Source: Corallochytrium limacisporum Hawaii (Eukaryota; Protista; Pluriformea). From it: DNA of 40,068 bases. Location of the stretch: contig PDIP01000091.1 of the NCBI GenBank assembly GCA_002811645.1, forward strand, positions 1 to 40,068. Direction: 5' to 3'. Position 1 is the first letter of the stretch. The number at the start of each line of letters is the position of its first letter. Position numbers and translations under genes: made by a program. Below the pieces are notes generated by a model. It made no database searches and was not told where the DNA came from. It worked only from the letters and a program-made list of their open reading frames with translations. Below are positions 36,362 to 40,068 of this stretch, in pieces.

Positions 36362-39300
36362 ATGATGAAATTTAAATATATTTTACATAATAGTTATCGT
36401 AATATTATTATAAAAAACTATTTTTATTACCTTACCTACAATTTACATATATCTAAACTAGCTCGTTCTTTAAAAAATCCTATAGGCTATTTTAAATATC
36501 ACAACCTTTTATCTATTTCTAAATTTTTCACTTTTCGGCCTGTATCTGTTAAAACACAGATATCACCATTACTTCGAAAAGTTTCTAAATACGGTATTAA
36601 GAAAAATAAACGATATTTAAATTACAATAATAAATCAATATCTCATGGACGGAAAAAAATTGTTAATTTTCAATTTAAAAGATTACTCTATTGAAATATG
36701 TTTCAAACAGCTCCGCTTTCTGTTGATTCAATAATTGCAAATTTCTATATTTCTCTTAATGATATAAAAAGTTATAAATATAAACAATTAGTCAATGATT
36801 TACAAAATGATAAATATACATTAAATCAGAATAATGCAATACTTTATTCAATACTATGAAATAAATACCAGTATTCTGATTTATTTCTACAAATTCATAA
36901 TTGATATGCTAAGTCTTTACAATCTAATAAATGACATGCATTTGAAAAGCTACAACATAATATTATCTCACCTCATAATTTTTATCTATTTAGAAAGATT
37001 TTTGTTTTTGTTTTAAATGCAATACCTTATGATTTAGAAACAAAACATTCTATTGTGGTGGCTAATAACTATGCTACAATTGTACTAATGAAAAAACCTA
37101 AATTTTCTGATTATTATTACAAAAATAATCAGAATGCTCTTTTAATTTTCATTTTATCATATTTTATTCATATGCATGTTTATTTAACATTAATCTTATT
37201 CTGTAAAAAAAATGAATACAAAAAAAATAAAGTTCCATTTTATAATATGCTTGAACTATTTTCTCCTGTATTCTCTAAAACAGAATTTGACTTAAAAATG
37301 TCTATCGAAGGAAAATTAATGTATAATCGCGTAAAAGACTATATTGAAAAAAATAACTATTCTTATTCTTTAACCAGATATGATCAATACTGCAATTCTA
37401 TCCAATATTGAACTATAGATAAAAGCAATGCTGATAAACAAATCACAAATAAATATTTTTCATACTTAACAATTAAAGATATGTATCAAATTTGGCCTAA
37501 AGCTTCATTTGTACCTCTTATGTTTTTCCTAGCAGTAAATGATTTTGGTCATCTAGTATCTAACATCCAAAGTGGAAACAGAACACCGGATTACATTTCA
37601 CCAGATACCAAATTACATAATATAATGATTTACCAGAGACAAATTTATGATAAAAAACCAAAACTGTCAACTGTCATTAATTTGCCAAAATTTAATCATA
37701 TCTACGATACTTTACAGCATGGCTCTAATACACTTAGAAATAATACATATATTTCTTCAATTAGAGATTACAACATACGGGAAAAATATACATTATCTAC
37801 AAATATTTATCAGTTTTCTCATTCACGATATACGTCAACACCACCCTGATTTCTGTATGGTCCCTATATAAGCCATTTATTCTCATCATCTGAAAACATA
37901 GGAGGAGAACGAGATGCAGCAAGTGAATCATATACAGCTATTAAATACCATTTATATAGTGAGCCTCAGTTTGAAGTAAATAATTGAAAGTTTCAACCAT
38001 TATTTTTCCATCTAAATACTATTATTCCCCTATTAAGATTAGAAGATACTAAACATATCTTTAATCTATTTCTAAATTCAATTCAATTATCTAAAGTTAC
38101 AATAGGGAAAGACACTAAGGGTGCAGCTTCTATCTATTTAAATTTTGATCTTAACAGACCAAGATTTAAAGAAGCCTTAGACCTACTTGTCAAATACCAA
38201 CTTCTATCAGTTGATGAAATTCAAATAATTTGACTCTCATTCTTGAAACTTTCAATGTATTGAGTAGAATATGAATTTAATTCAATACTAAAGGAACGTA
38301 ACCATTATGCAGAAGATTATGAAATTCATTATAGATATGCATCTGGGAGAAGCAATAATGATATTGAAGTTAACTCTAATTTATTTCCGGTTATTAAATA
38401 CAAACGAAGATTTGGTACAGAAACAGAAAGGTTCATAAATACAATTAATTACGATTACTCAGAGTATGAAAAAGCTTCAGTAATAGACCGACAATTAGGT
38501 ATGTGAAGAAACACTCCTTATTCACCTCTTATTCTGAATAAAATTATTAAGCACACATTTTATTCAGAATGAAACAATGATAAATATGATATTTATAAAG
38601 CTAGTTCTATTCAACCGGACATGCTTTCTAAATCCAATATAAATTATTTCATCCCATTTTTGCCAACATTACCTATCTTACCACAAAAACTAACTGGAAA
38701 TACTATTCTCTTACGAGAGAATACAAAAGCTATTCAATTACAATTCTATCTTGTAAATAAAAAATCAAATTATTTTCCTTATTTTTTGAATACTGCTTCA
38801 CAATCTCCTTTGGCTACTACTGCTTTCTTTTATTACAACCAATCTATTAATAATAAAGAAGTTTATCATCACAATATGACAGAAGATTGACACGATTTAA
38901 TTAAACGCTTTAATCGAGGAGAACTTAATTTAGCACAGTTATCTACCTTGGATTATGCATCCTGAATAACTGAGCGGGCGAAAAGAATTCCCTCACGACT
39001 TGGTATGAATCAGCTATATATTAGAACAGTAGATGGCTCAAGAGAAAACCTTAATACCTATCCAAGTAAAGCTGATGATATCTCTTCTGAAGATCTAGGC
39101 TTCGTCAAGACTTTCCGCCCTTACCTTACCACTCAAGGATGAAGATCAAGAAAAGATAATATTGATACTCTTCAAGGACTAATCAAAATCGATAATCGTT
39201 TAACAAACTACGATTTGTGAAATGACCGGTGAAGAGTAAAAGGATTTATCAAACCTGGTTATGAATTATATTACTTACATAATTATTTGATTAAACATGG

Positions 39301-39574
39301 CAAACCTATAAAAAGGAATAATGATTTAAACTATAATAGAATAAACCATTATGATAACGGACGATACATTAATAGTAGTGAATCTGAAATTAAATCATTA
39401 TTTTACAACTTTTCTTTACCTGGTAAAAAGAATCCAGATTTTACTCATAGATTAAGAAATATATTAATTAGTAAAACATGGGCCAAGCATTTTAACTTAA
39501 AATCCTTTGCCAAGTTAAAGAAAAACAAAACAACTAAAAAGCCAACAATTGATAAAACAAAACCAACACAATAA
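36362..39574 (+). CDS. Unidentified ORF1070
   Basis: Five track ORFs share one frame and are linked through TGA. No in-frame TAA or TAG over 3213 nt. Basic N- and C-termini. Confidence 0.88.
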
Positions 39575-39590
39575 CTTAAAACAATTTTAC

Positions 39591-39734
39591 AAATTCCCCC
39601 CTCCTGTGAGGCAGCATTGCTGTGAATTATTATAGTTAGATTTAGCGCTTGGGCGACTGATCCTAGATTATGACTAAAATAATTCGGTGGGCCTTTTCCC
39701 CAAGGATGGGCCCCCCTCCAGGAGGGGGGAATTT
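39591..39734. other. GC-rich multi-stem structured element at the inner edge of the right TIR
   Basis: Perfect 16-bp closing repeat AAATTCCCCCCTCCTG (39591-39606) / CAGGAGGGGGGAATTT (39719-39734) enclosing further stems. Confidence 0.7.
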
Positions 39735-40068
39735 TGTGGGTGTGTAGGAGATAGTGTGTGTGAACTTGCAGTTGAACTTGCAGTGATTCTCTTTTTTCTA
39801 TTTTCTATTTTCTATTTTTCTCACTCTTTTTTACTTTTTTTACTTTTTTTATATCTTTTTTCATTTTTACACTCTTTTTTATTACCTTTTTATTACTTTT
39901 TTATTACTTTTTTATTATTTATACTGTTTGAGGTTCATTATTTATCATTAATTATACCATATTTATCCTCTCGAACCACCTTTATCTCCCCAAATACTAC
40001 CGACCGTACACCGGTACATAATACGGTCTAACGTATTTCTCTCTTCTAACAGCTCTCTCCATACTCAC
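39730..40068. repeat. Right terminal inverted repeat / telomeric region
   Basis: 39730-39816 mirrors 1-87. The remainder is pyrimidine-rich non-coding sequence, presumed to be the part missing from the left end. Confidence 0.85.

Noticed and set aside
39604-39630. Hammerhead-like CTGTGAG-stem-GAAT
   Set aside because: The core departs from CUGANGA and GAAA at essential positions.
39687-40031. 114-aa Phe/Leu-rich ORF
   Set aside because: It is a translation of the T-rich terminal repeat.

Overview
This window is an almost complete, AT-rich, intron-free mitochondrial genome that is very probably linear. Bases 1-87 are the exact reverse complement of 39730-39816, and the left copy looks truncated by assembly. 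Genes run outward from a short spacer at about 18908-19002: the left arm is on the minus strand and the right arm on the plus strand, except one tRNA. The supplied ORF track is fragmented because the genome uses a variant code. TGA is Trp (trnW-UCA is present). AGA, and probably AGG, is Ser, read by a tRNA-Ser(UCU) that looks like a duplicate of tRNA-Ser(GCU). Retranslated by hand, the window holds cob, cox1-3, nad1-6, nad4L, atp6, atp8, atp9, tatC, rps3, rps12, rpl6, rpl16, possible expanded rpl14 and rps2, rns, rnl and 23 tRNAs, with no trnT found. It also holds an intact 1131-aa protein-primed family B DNA polymerase and three large ORFans of 661, 1368 and 1070 aa. The gene set (no nad7/9/11, sdh or atp1, but tatC and ribosomal proteins present) suggests a unicellular opisthokont such as a holozoan protist; this is inference. 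All coordinates were derived by hand, and non-ATG starts and rRNA ends are approximate.
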